Shown one piece after another: positions 12,641-23,779 of a DNA stretch of 64,000 bases; position 1 is the first letter of the stretch; the number at the start of each line of letters is the position of its first letter. Source of the DNA: Mobula hypostoma (taxonomy: Eukaryota); NCBI RefSeq assembly GCF_963921235.1, contig NC_086108.1:10602001-10666000 (forward strand), in the 5' to 3' direction. The notes under the pieces are model-generated. The model made no database searches. It was not told where the DNA came from and saw only the letters and a program-made list of their open reading frames with translations. A program made the position numbers and the translations under genes.

Positions 12641-13267
12641 GTTTATTCTGTGGTTAAGATCATTTGTGATTCTCCTGGTGTAGTTATTTATGAGATCTAA
12701 ACAAGTCTCTGGTGCAATGTCACCAGTGGAATTGTAAAAGGGTTATTATTGACACCTATACTGAGAAACAGTGAAAAGCTTGTCTACCATAACCGTTCAC
12801 ACAGATCAATTCATTAAAGTTCAGAAGTTCAAAGGACATTTATTTTCAAAGTATAGATGTGACACTATATACAACCCTGATGTTTATTTTCTTGTGGGCA
12901 TACTCAATAAATCTATAAAATAATGACCATAACAGAATCCACTGGGGTGTTCAATCAGAGTGCAGAAGACAACAAACTGTGCAAATGGAAATATAAACAG
13001 CAACAAATAATGAGAGCATGAGATAATGAGATAAAGCATCCTTGAAAAGTGAGTTCAGTGGTTGTGGGAACTTCTCACTGATGGGGCAAGTGAAGTTGAG
13101 TGTAGTTACCCCATTTTATTCAAAAACCTGATGGTTGAGGGGTAACAACTGTCCTTGAACCTGGTGGTACAAGTCCAGAGGCTCGTGTACCTTCTACCGA
13201 AAGGTTTTGTGTGTGTTGTTCAAGGTTTCCAGCATCTGCATAATCTTTTGTGTTTATTGTACTAGGG

Positions 13268-14104
13268 CAGGCATCCCCAATCTTTTTTGCACCGAGGACC
13301 GGTTTAATATTGACAATATTCTTGTGGTCTGGCCGACCGGGGGTGGTGGCGGGTGTTCAAGTAGGGTTAAACTCACCTCAACATGTCTTTACCAGTTAGG
13401 GTTGCCAACTTTCTCACTCCCAAATAAGGGACAAAAGTAGCAGTCAAATCCTGACGAAGGGTCCTGGCCCGAAACGTCAACTGTCCCTCTTCCTATAGAT
13501 GCTGCCTGGCCTGCTGCATTCACCAGCATTTTTTGTGTGTGTTGACGGGACACTTGTGTTTACCCTGAGAAAGACTACCATGACCATGAAGCCTTGCACG
13601 GACACCTGTGTGTGCATGCGTGGCGTGCGCGTACGTGCCGATTTTTTTTCTACAAATCAGTTTTGGCTTAATCTTCCCGACTACAGTGTACATACATTAT
13701 TTCTACTTTATATAGGCTGTGTATTTTTCATATCATTCCTGCTTTTACTATATGTTAGTGTTATTTTAGGTTTTATATGTTATTTGGTATGATTTGGTAA
13801 TTTATTTTTTGGGTCTGGGAACGCTCAAAAATTTTTCCCATATAAATTAATGGTAATTGCTCCTTCGCTTTACGCCATTTCAGCACGAACAGTTTCATAG
13901 GAACGCTCTACCTTAGCGGGGGGAATACGGGATAAGGGCGGTCCCGTATGGGACAAACCAATTTAGCCCAATATACGGGATGTCCCGGCAAATACGGGAC
14001 AGTTGGCAACCCTATGTTCAAGTTCAACAGTGCGTGACAGGGAATGAGGAAAGGTGCAGCTGACTCATATTGTTTCCTTGCGGCCCGGTGGTTGGGGACC
14101 GCTA
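13268..14104. mobile_element. hAT (Charlie-like) MITE with 8-bp TSD, carrying nested insertions
   Basis: Ends CAGGCATCCCCAATC and GGTTGGGGACCGCTA. TSD TACTAGGG at 13260-13267 and 14105-14112. Confidence 0.85.
13362..14014. mobile_element. Second hAT-type MITE (TAGGGTTGCCAAC ends) nested in the first
   Basis: TSD TGTTCAAG at 13354-13361 and 14015-14022. Ends TAGGGTT... and ...GTTGGCAACCCTA. Confidence 0.85.
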
Positions 14105-14299
14105 TACTAGGGAGTCATTCAATAGTCTGATAACAGTGGGGCGGAAGCTGTCCTGAGACAGGCGGTACGTGCTTTCAGGCTTTTTATCGTCTGCCTGATG
14201 GAGGGGATGAGAGAGAATCCAGGGTAGGTGGGATCTTTGATTATGCGGGCTGATCCTTGCTGCCCCGAGGCAGCAAAGAGCAGCCAGCACGTGATGGAT

Positions 14300-15255
14300 T
14301 ATAAGCAACAGCAAATCTGCAGATGCTGGAAATCCAAGCACCACACACAAAGTGCTGGAGGAACTCAGCAGGTCAGGCAGTATCTATGGAAAAGATTAAA
14401 CAGTCAAAGTTTCGGGCTGAGACCCTTCACCAGGATTGGAGGAAACAAATCAGAAGTCAGAGTAAGAAGGTTGGGAGGGAGGAAGAAGTACAAGGTAGTA
14501 GGTGATTGGTGAAACTGGGAGAGGAGGAGGGATGAACTAGAGAGTTGGGAAGTCAATTGCTAAAAGAGATATAGGGCTGGAGAAGGGGTGAATCTGATAG
14601 GAGAGGACAGAAGGCCATGGATGAAAGGGAAGGAGGGGGATAACCAGAGGGAGGTGATGGGCAGGTAAGGAGGTAGGGTAAGAGAGGGAAATGGGAATGG
14701 GGAATTGTGAAGGTCCTGGGGTGGGGCAATTACCAGAAATCAATAAATCAAGAAATCAGTATTCATGCCATCAGGTTGGAGGCTAACTAGACAGAATATA
14801 AGGTGTTGCTCCCCAAGCTGAGCATGGTCTCATCGCAGGAGTAGAGGATGTCTAAGTTGCATGCCATCTTGATCAATGTCTCCCATCCACTACATAATGT
14901 ACTGGTTGGGCACAGGAGTACATTCAGCCAGAGACTCATTCCACTGAGATGCAGCACAGAGCGTCATAGGAAGTCATTCCTGCCTGTGGCCATCAAACTT
15001 TACAACTCCTCCCTTGGAAGGTCAGACACCCTGAGCCAATAGGCTGGTCCTGGACTTATTTCATAATTTACTGGCATAATTTACATATTACTGTTTAACT
15101 ATTTATGGTTCTATTACTATTTATTATTTATGGTACAACTGTAACGAAAACCAGTTTCCCCCGGGATCAATAAAGTATGACTATGACTAAGACTAACATG
15201 TCAGAATGGGAATGGGAAGTAGAATTGAAGTGGTTGGCCACCTGGAAATCCCTCT
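14300..15255 (-). mobile_element. Penelope-like element 3' region (family A), interrupted by a Rex1 fragment
   Basis: Family A terminal motif TGCTGGAGGAACTCAGCAGGTCAGGCAG. Degenerate hammerhead motif near 14400-14438. Purine-rich UTR. Confidence 0.75.
14843..15195 (+). mobile_element. Young Rex1/Babar LINE 3' end
   Basis: SKLHAIL...RKSFLPVAIKLYNSSL. AATAAA plus (ATGACT)n tail. Matches the copy at 47832-48200. Confidence 0.9.
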
Positions 15256-15286
15256 CCCATTCTGGTGGATGGCACGTTGCAGATTA

Positions 15287-15987
15287 CACTAGGCAACACT
15301 TTTTTTAAAGTGTTGCTTCCACAGAAAATTTGTTTGTTTATGAAAGACCACTTGAAGCTGAACATAAATATAGTTTCAGACTACTTGTATCACATAGGAA
15401 TTTGGAGAAGCAAGAAATTAACTTTTATTGAATATCATGTGTTTAATTGTATAACAATGCTGATGCTTTGCAGTAGTTCAACTTAGCTAAGAATACTTTG
15501 TTGAAGATTTTCATCTGTACTCAGTGTCTGAGGCTCCTTGCTTGAGTGTGCAACAATCATCAGCCAGCTTTGATGAATTCCAGTTGCCCTGATACTATTT
15601 CTCCATGACCACAATGTCTTGGTGAAACCTTTCGCCATGCTCATTGCTGACAGTGCCAGGATTTGCAGGGAAGAAGTCTAAATGGGAATGCTTGAAGCAT
15701 GTTGTCAACGTAGCTTGGTGCTCTGTAATTGCCAAGAAAAATTTCAATGCGATCCTTGAATGCCTTCCATGCAATTTTCTCCGGTCCCACTAGAAGTTTT
15801 TCAAATTACCTGTCATTGATAAACTGTTTAATTTGTGGACCAACAAAAAATGCCTTCCTTATGAATTGAAATAACAAATGTGGGCGATTTCAAAAAAAAT
15901 TGATACATGATAGGGAAATTTCATGCTGATTTTCATGATCAGCTGCACAAAATCCATATGATATACACAGATCTTTGTTGCCCAGTG
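15287..15987 (-). mobile_element. Internally deleted CMC-Chapaev3-type DNA transposon with both termini and a transposase C-terminal relic
   Basis: Termini CACTAGGCAACA and TGTTGCCCAGTG, flanked by TTA/TCA. Minus-strand relic KEGIF/VGPQIKQ...AWKAFKDRIEIFLGNY...HLDFFPANPGTVSNEHGERFHQDIVVMEK*YQGNWNSSKLADDCCTLK. Confidence 0.8.
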
Positions 15988-16404
15988 TCACACATTTCCA
16001 CAGCTAGTGGAAAATACCTAATAAGTAGAGTGGCCACCATTGTTCACAGCAAGAGCCCACAAGCAACAATGAAAACTCCTCAAGTAATCTCTATTATAGA
16101 GGTATAAATGTGTTATGTCTCGTCCTAGAGCCATGTTTACATAGCTCATTTCAACCTTATTAATAATTTCACTTGCAAAATCAAACAGTGGTACTCTTGC
16201 CCAGTCAGATGAGTGCAATATGTTACATAATGAATATCTTCAATAAATATTATACAGCCTATAAAGCCATCAGCATTCATTATTAATAGTACTTGTTACC
16301 ATATACTGAAGTTTACTTTTTAGAACTGACATAAACATGGTTCTCTGATCCTTGAGAGAGTAATTACTACACCCAGTGCATTCTCTCTGTAATAGGATTT
16401 AAAG

Positions 16405-17070
16405 GCTGGTTGAGCATCTCCACATCATCCGTCTGAAGCAAGAGTTACCGGGGACTAAACATGTTAATTTCTATTCCCATTACCATTCCGACCTGTCGAT
16501 CCATGGCCTCCTTTTGTGCAAGGACAAGTCCACCCTCCACACCTGATATCCCGTCCGGGTACCCTCCAACCTGATGACATGAATATTGATTTCTCCTTTC
16601 AGAGAACATATCCCCTATCACCTTTCTCTATTCCCCACTCTGTCCTTTCACTTCTTCTCACCTGCCTATCACTTCCCCCGGGACCCCTCCTCCTTCCCTT
16701 TCTCCTGTGGTCCACTCTCCTCTCCTATCAGATTCCTTCTTCTCCCGCCCGTTACGTTTCCCACTCACCTGCCTTCACCTATCACCTTCTAGATATCCTC
16801 CTTCCCCTCACACCCCACATTTTTTATTCAGGCATCTTCCTCCTTCTTTCGCAGTCCTGTAGAAGGGTCTCGGCCTGAAACGTTGACTGTTTACTCTTTT
16901 CCATAGATGCTGTGGGGGGTTATATGGGAGGCAGGGTCTGAGGGTCGGCACAACATTGTGGGCTGATGGGCCTGTACTGTGCTGTACTATTCTATGTTCT
17001 ATGTTCTGTCTGACCTGTTGAGTTTTTCCAGGATTTTGTGTGTGTTTTTGACGATTTCCATCTCTTTGTA
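16405..17070 (+). mobile_element. Penelope-like element 3' region (family A) with a small CR1 tail inserted
   Basis: GIY-YIG C-terminal relic (GTLQPDDMNIDF). Pyrimidine-rich UTR. Degenerate hammerhead CAGTCCTGTAGAAGGGTCTCGGCCTGAAACGTTGACTG at 16852-16889. Confidence 0.75.
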
Positions 17071-17444
17071 CATGTTCCACCTTGGAATGAATTATGGTCA
17101 CCTTGAGTTTGGCGTAGGTTTGAATCCCACTTCTGACACCGTGTTGTGTTCATTCTTGAGGGAGAGTGCAGAGCACACCAGGACGCCATCATGCAGGATA
17201 TTGAACTGAACCTTATTGACAACACTGCCTGTACAGTATGTGGGAGCGGCTAGCTGAGTGGCATAATAATAAACCTATTCACCACCCCACTACAAGGTCT
17301 ATCATTCTTATTTTTTTCAACTGTTTAAATATTTTTATAGGTTGAAAAACATCCATTTCCTGTGCTGACAATGCTGTTGTCAAATCTACCGTATCATGAT
17401 AGGTAAATTCCTACATGCATATCACCTCCCTGGGCTCAGGACCT

Positions 17445-17953
17445 GGACTATTTTGTTGCACGTGTATTTGTCAACGTGGAGTGGAGAGCGAGTTTGAAAA
17501 TCTGGCAGGATCAAAGGATATTGGGAATGGTGAGGGTGGAGCACTGCAGGAGGGTTGTGGGACAGATGGCAGAGGAGGAGTGCCAAGAGTGGTGGGGTAT
17601 GTTTGGCACAGGTGCAGAAACACCCAGCCCTGAGACAGCAGGCAAAGTCATTTGATTGCAAACAATTGGTTTATTGATCATTACAGAATGTCTCTCTGGT
17701 GCTTCCTACTTCCTACTCCCCTCTCCCTTCCCCTTTTCCCAACCATGATCTCCCTCTCCTTGCTCCCTTCCTACTCTCAGTCCACAATATAGACCCGTAT
17801 CAGAATCAGGTTCATCATCACTCATATATATCATGAAATTTGTTTTTTTTTGTGGTAGCAGTACAGTGCAATATATAAAATTACTGTAGTACTGTGCAAA
17901 AATCTTTAGCACCCTAGCTTTATAAACGTGTGCCTAAGACTTTTTTACAGTAC
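17445..17953. mobile_element. Composite non-autonomous Tc1-type element, copy 1 (left end degraded)
   Basis: ~430-bp body shared with 32325-32735. Ends in a short palindromic unit AGTACTGTGCAAAAATCTTTAGCAC...GTGCCTAAGACTTTTTTACAGTAC. Confidence 0.65.
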
Positions 17954-18329
17954 ATCTCCAGTGAGTCGTGTGTAGATAACTTGTTGTGAAATACAACTTA
18001 AAGTAAGAAGGTATGGACTGGATGGAGTCGACTTGCAGAGGATATTTCCCAAAGTGGGGGAATCTAGGATTAGAGGGCACAGCCTCGGAATTCAAGGACA
18101 TTCCTTTAAAACGGAGATGAGGAGGAATTTCTTTATCCACAGAGTGGCGAATCTGTTGCCACAGAGGATTGTGGGGCCCAGGTAATCAGGTACATTTGAG
18201 AGTGATAAAGATTTAAAGATTAACTTATTTGTCACATGTCTCTCGAAGCATTGGAACACACAGCAAAATGCATCACTGGCATCAAATCAAATCATCGACG
18301 ATTGTGCTGGGCAGCCCACAACTCGCCAT

Positions 18330-18855
18330 TGAGTCATAGAGGAGTACAACACAGATATAGACCATTCAGCCCATCTAGTCTATTCCAAGCTCTTTAAACT
18401 GCACCAGGACCATAGCCCTCCATTCCCTACCACCCACATGGCCATCCAAACTTCTCTTAAACGTTGAAATCGAGCTTGCATGCACGACTTCTCATTCCAC
18501 ACTCTCACCATGCTCTGAGTGAAGAAATTTCCCCTTATGTATCCTTTAAACTTTTCTCCTTTCACTCTTAACCCATAATCTCTCGTAGTAGTCCCACCCA
18601 AGCTCAGTGGAAAAAGCCTGCTTGCATTTACCCTATCTGCACCCCTCATAATTTTGTTTACTTCTATCAAACCTCCTCTCAGTCTTCTACGTTCCGGGGA
18701 GTAAAGTTCCAACCTGTTCAATCTTTCCTTATAACTCAGGTCCTCCAGACCTGGCAACATTTGTGTAAATTTTCTCTGTACTCTTTCACACTTTATTTAC
18801 ATCTTTCCTGTAGGTAGGTGACCAAAACTGCACACGATGCTCCAAACTAGGCTAC
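18330..18855 (-). mobile_element. CR1 3' fragment
   Basis: MLPGLEDLSYKERLNRLELYS...GNFFTQSMVRVWNE. Confidence 0.9.
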
Positions 18856-18856
18856 A

Positions 18857-19017
18857 TGTCTTTGGAATGTGGGAGGAAACTGGAACATCCAGATGAACCC
18901 TACACGGTCATGGGGAGAACATACAAATTCCTTACAGGTAGCGGCCGGACTTGAACCTCAACTGGTGATCGCATGTGTTGAAAAGTTACGCACCAGCTGC
19001 TGTGCTACAGTGCCACT
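18857..19017 (-). mobile_element. V-SINE (HE1-like) 5' part
   Basis: The reverse strand has a tRNA-like head and the V-domain TGTTCTCCCCATGACC...CAGTTTCCTCCCACATTCCAAAGAC. Similar copies at ~33300-33607 and ~40290-40565. Confidence 0.7.
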
Positions 19018-19046
19018 CCCCAGGCAGAGACTGATAGGCTCTTGAT

Positions 19047-19705
19047 TAGATTAGATTATGAGGACACACAGTCCTCTTTTATTGTCATTTAGTAAAGCAT
19101 GCATTAAGAAATGATACAATGTTTCTCCGGTATGATATCACAGAAACACAAGACAAACAAGACTGAAAAACTGACAAAGACCACATAATTATAACATAAA
19201 GTTACAACAGTGCAAAACAATACTGTGATTTGATAAGAACAGACCATGGGCACGGTAAAAAAAAAGTCTCAAAGTCTCTTGAAAGTCCCATCATCTCACG
19301 CAGACGGAGAAGGAAGAAAAACTCTCCCTGCCATGAGCTTCCAGCACCGCAAACTTGCCGATGCAGCACCCGACCACAGCCGACTCTTGAGTCTGTCCGA
19401 AAACTTTGAGCCTCCAACACCGAGCACCGAGAACCATCTCTGCCGAGTGCTTTGACCCCGGCCCCGGCAACAGGCAATAGGCAAAGCCAAGGATTTGGGG
19501 CCTTCCCCTCCGGAGATTCTCGATCGCACAGTAGCAGTGGCAGCGAAACAGGCATTTCAGAAGTTTCTCCAGATGTTCCTCTGTGCTTCTCACATCTGCC
19601 TCCATCAAATCAGGATTGTGCACAGCATCCTACTTACAAATATGATATCATTTCAGAGCGGCCGCGCGTGCTGCGTCAAGCCGCCATCTTCTCCTCCCCT
19701 CCTCA
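19047..19705 (-). mobile_element. Short non-autonomous retroelement with CpG-rich 5' head and (TCTAA)n tail
   Basis: 5' end GGAGAAGATGGCGGC...GCGCGGCCGC. AATAAAA and a (TCTAA)n tail near 19047-19085. Interrupts a CR1 3' UTR. Confidence 0.6.
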
Positions 19706-19964
19706 GATAAGGGGATTAATTTTTACAGGGAGAAGGTGGTAGAATAGGGTTGAGAAAGAAATTAAATAGCAGAGGAGACTCGATGGACCAAAGGGCCTAA
19801 CTCTCTCTGCTCCTATGTCTTATTGACTTATGGTCACGTGGACCAATTCAGCAGATCATCAGAGAGAGTGCAACAGGTACAGTACTTGGTCAGTCAAAAG
19901 AAAGGTATAATTCTGGTCTTCCGTGTGCTTTTACAGAGTTTCGAATGGAGTGAGATATACCTGT

Positions 19965-20690
19965 TCAGAATCAGAATCTGGATTAATATCATGGGCATAT
20001 GTCATGGGATTTGTGAACTCCGCAGCAACATTACAATGCAGTACTTAATAATGAGAAGTAGCTGTAGATTACAGCAAGTATATCGGTGTATATTACATAG
20101 TTATATTAAATAAGTAGTGCAAATAAATAGGAAATTAAAAAGTAGTGAGGTCGTGTTTATGGGTTCAATGTCCATTTAGGAATTGGATGGCAGAGGGGAA
20201 GAAGCTGTTCCTGAATCACTGAGTGTGTGTCTTCAGGCTCCTGTACCTCCTCCCTGATGGTAACAGTGAGAAGAGGGCATGCCCTGGGTGATGGGGTCCT
20301 TACTGACGGATGCCAACTTTCTGAGGCATCACTCCTTGAAGATGTCTTAGATGATGGAGCTGACTAATTTTACAACTCCTGCAGCTTACTTTGAACCTGA
20401 GCAGTAGAACCCCCCCCCCATATTGGATGGTGATGCAGCCAGTCATAATGCTTTCCATGGTACATCTGCGAACATTTGCGAGTGTTTCAGATGACATACC
20501 AAACCTCCTCAGACTCCTAATGAAATATAGCCAGTGTTGTGCTCTGTTTGTAGCTGCTTTGATAAGTTGGGACCAGGTTAGGTCCTCAGAGATATTAACA
20601 CCCGGGAACTTGAAACTGCTCACTGTCTCCACTTCTGATCCCCCTGTGAGGACTGGTGTGTGTCCCCTCGTCTTACCCTTCCTGAAATCC
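19965..20690 (-). mobile_element. Rex1/Babar-like LINE 3' fragment
   Basis: EVETVSSFKFPGVNISEDLTWS...LYFIRSLRRFGMS...RCTMESIMTGCIT. Confidence 0.85.
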
Positions 20691-21952
20691 ACGATTACGT
20701 CTATCACCTGGCAGTTCTCATCTACCTGATTGTTCACTGCTTACCTGGATCCTTGGTGGTGCTGACTGAGAAGTGGTCTCTCTGCATTCTGTAGGTAGCA
20801 TCCAACCATGAACTGTCCAGGTGTGTATGAACATGGTGCAGGAAGAGCTGACAATGTCCTGGAGGGAGATGTAATGTTGCTTCCAAAGGGAGCTAACCTG
20901 AAGATATCCAGTGTTCCTTCTCTGATCTGGTGGCTACCTCTCACCTCCTGAGGCAGAGTGAATATTGTCTCCTCCCCCTCAGGACCCAGCACGAGGACAG
21001 GATCAGCCAACACAACCCTTACTCAGAGGGGGTGGCAGATCTCCCTGCTCTCAACAGCAATTGCTCATGTTAGGCTTTTTAAGAGAAACCTTCTCAATAG
21101 ACACCCAAATTATAAACTTTGCTTCAGTAATATGTTTCAGCTTTGAAATCTCACAGGCTAGCCTCTGATGAGATAGAAGTATGCCGCTCCATAAATGATG
21201 AAATTAGAAATGTATTTATAATAGGTTGGTGCATGATGTGGTCCTTGCAGCTGCCTCAGCTCAATTCATGAAAGATGGATCTCTTCTTCGCCCATTGGTC
21301 TCACCACGTGCAATTTGGATTTCTTAATCGTTCAACTAAATAATTCAGTTTATGTTAACACTAAGAATATTCGAAAGCTCATTATTTCTACAATCTTGGA
21401 TTCAAAATAGCCCACACTGCATGAATCCCAACTATTCTCCTCTGCGTCATTTGGATTTAGTATCTGGTACGGAAGCTCTGATGTAGAGGATCGGAAGAAG
21501 CTGCAGATGGTTGTAGACTCAGCCAACTCCACCAAGGGGACAACTCTCGTGAGCATCGAAGACTTCCTCAAAAGGCATTGCCTCAGGAAGGTGGCACCCA
21601 TCGTTAAGAACTCCCATGCTTTCTTCTCACTACTGCCATCAAAATGGGGGGTGCAAGATCCTGAAGGCACCCACTCAGTGTTCTAGGAATAGCTTCTTGC
21701 CCTCAGCAATCAAATTTCTGAATGGACCATGAACCCACGAACATCACTCACGCTGCACCACGCACACGGCAAGGATCCAGGCCTGAAACTCCGACTCTTA
21801 AGGCCTATCTGTAGATGTTGCCTCATCTGCTGAGTTCCTCCAGCATTTTGTGTGCATTATTCTGGATTTCCAGCATCTGCAGAATCACAAGTGTTCATTA
21901 TTTTGCTCTCCTTATTTATTTAAAAGAATATTTCGTATTGCAACTTCTTAGT

Positions 21953-22292
21953 TGTCAGGGTGGAGAAAATGCTCTACACAAGGAGGTGTCCCTCTGGTAA
22001 CCTGCAGATCACCCCTGAGCTTGGGCACCACCTGCTTAGCCACTCCCCCCCCACCCCGATCAGGGTCACGTGAAGCCATGGGAGCAGGTGGTGGATGGTC
22101 GTACGAGCAGCCGGTGCAGATCAAGTCCTGGTTATGCGACCACTGACACCAGGCAGACAATCTCTGAAGAGTATTGATAATGGCTGGGGGGGTGGTCACC
22201 GGTCTTGTAAAGAAACTGCCCAGAAGAAGGCAGTGGCAAACTACTTCTGTAGAAAAATCTGCCAAGAACAATCATGGTCATAGAAAGACATG
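21953..22292 (+). mobile_element. ~390-bp SINE-like element with RTE-type motif (copy 1)
   Basis: GGCAAACTACTTCTGTAGAAAAATCTGCCAAGAACAATCATGG. Other copies at 27928-28277, 29717-30104 and 48784-49151. Confidence 0.7.
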
Positions 22293-22879
22293 GCATATAG
22301 GTAGATGGATACTTTATTGACCTTGAAGGAAATTACAGTGTCATGGAAGCATTACAAATGTACAGATATAAATATTAGAGAAGAAGTAGAAAGAATAAAA
22401 AATAAGTTACCACAAACAGTCTAACAGGAGGGGGTCATCACTTCCCCGACTATAGGTTGACTCATTATAGAGCCTAATTGCCGAGGGCAAGAATGACCTC
22501 ATATAGCACTCTTTAGAGCAGCGCAGGTGTCTTAGAAGATGATGATTGCAACATACAGTGTTTTTTTAATGTATTGCACTATACTGCTGCTGCAAAATAA
22601 CAAATTTCACAATATATGCCAGTGATAGTAAACCAAGCTCTGATTCAGAATCCCAACTGTTGAGTAGTTGTCCTTAAGGTCAGTAGGGTCATAATTGTCA
22701 CGCCAGTGATGGTTCAAGAGTATTGGGATACTCTTAAGAAACAAATCTCTTGCTCTTGTCCAAGACCAGGAATACAAGGGGAGTCCATAATACCATAAAA
22801 CTAAGCCATAGTTTCTTAGCTGCACAGCCATCAACAGCTGGAAGGGGTGAGCCCAAAGGAGGTTTATGACCCTTGGGGT

Positions 22880-23300
22880 ATGTTTGATGGCTCCAGAGTT
22901 TTGCAGAAGGAGGAGGAATTTCATTGAAGCCTAATGAATATTGAACGCCCCAGATAAAGTGGAAGTGCTGAGGATGTTTCCCCATAGCCGGGGAGTCTAG
23001 GAGCAGAGGGCACAGCCTCAGAATAAAAGGACATCCTGTAAGAACAGAGATAAGGAGGGATTTCTTTCGCCAGAGGATGGTGAATCAGTGGAATTCATTG
23101 CAATAGACGGCTGTGGATGCCAAGTCACTGGCGATATTTAGAGTGGTGGTTGCTAGGTTCTTGATTAGTGGGGGGGTGGGGTTCAAGGTTTTGAGGAGAA
23201 GACAGGAGAATGGGGTTGAGAGAGATAATAAATGATGGAATAGTGAAGCAGACTTGATGGGCTGAATGGCCTAATTTTGCTGCTGTGTTTTATGGTATTA
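22880..23300 (+). mobile_element. Old CR1 3' fragment
   Basis: GGGCACAGCCTCAGAATAAAAGG...GTGAATCAGTGGAATTC, followed by a CR1 3' UTR. Confidence 0.85.
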
Positions 23301-23779
23301 CAGTGGGTAAAAAGGATAGCTCTTGGACAAATCTAGATTCAATAATATGAATTTCACAAAAATAGGATTATAGTAGAATTGTATTCGATGGGCTGAAGAG
23401 CCTTTAGTACATTGTCCAAGATGTGCATCAACTTTGGCAAGGACTCGTGAAGATAAAGCTTCCTAAATATTCAAGAGGTAAGATTCAGGGAATTATTTCC
23501 AAGTTTTATTTCTTAAAATTAAAATCCTGAAGAGGTTGAACTGAGCCCAGTATCAGTCACGAAAGAGTCCAAGGACTGAAGAAAGAGGCATAATTGATGG
23601 CACATCTCTGGAGCTCTGGGATTAGCATAGACTTGTGGAATTATACAGCAGGCAGAAGAAGCATTCAGTCCGTCGTTCATTGAAAGATCTCTGTGCCACA
23701 TCTTTACTCTACTGTCATGTTCCCTTGAATATTCCCTAATTAGTTCCACACTCCTGCTCTACCTTCATGGTCTTGTGCA

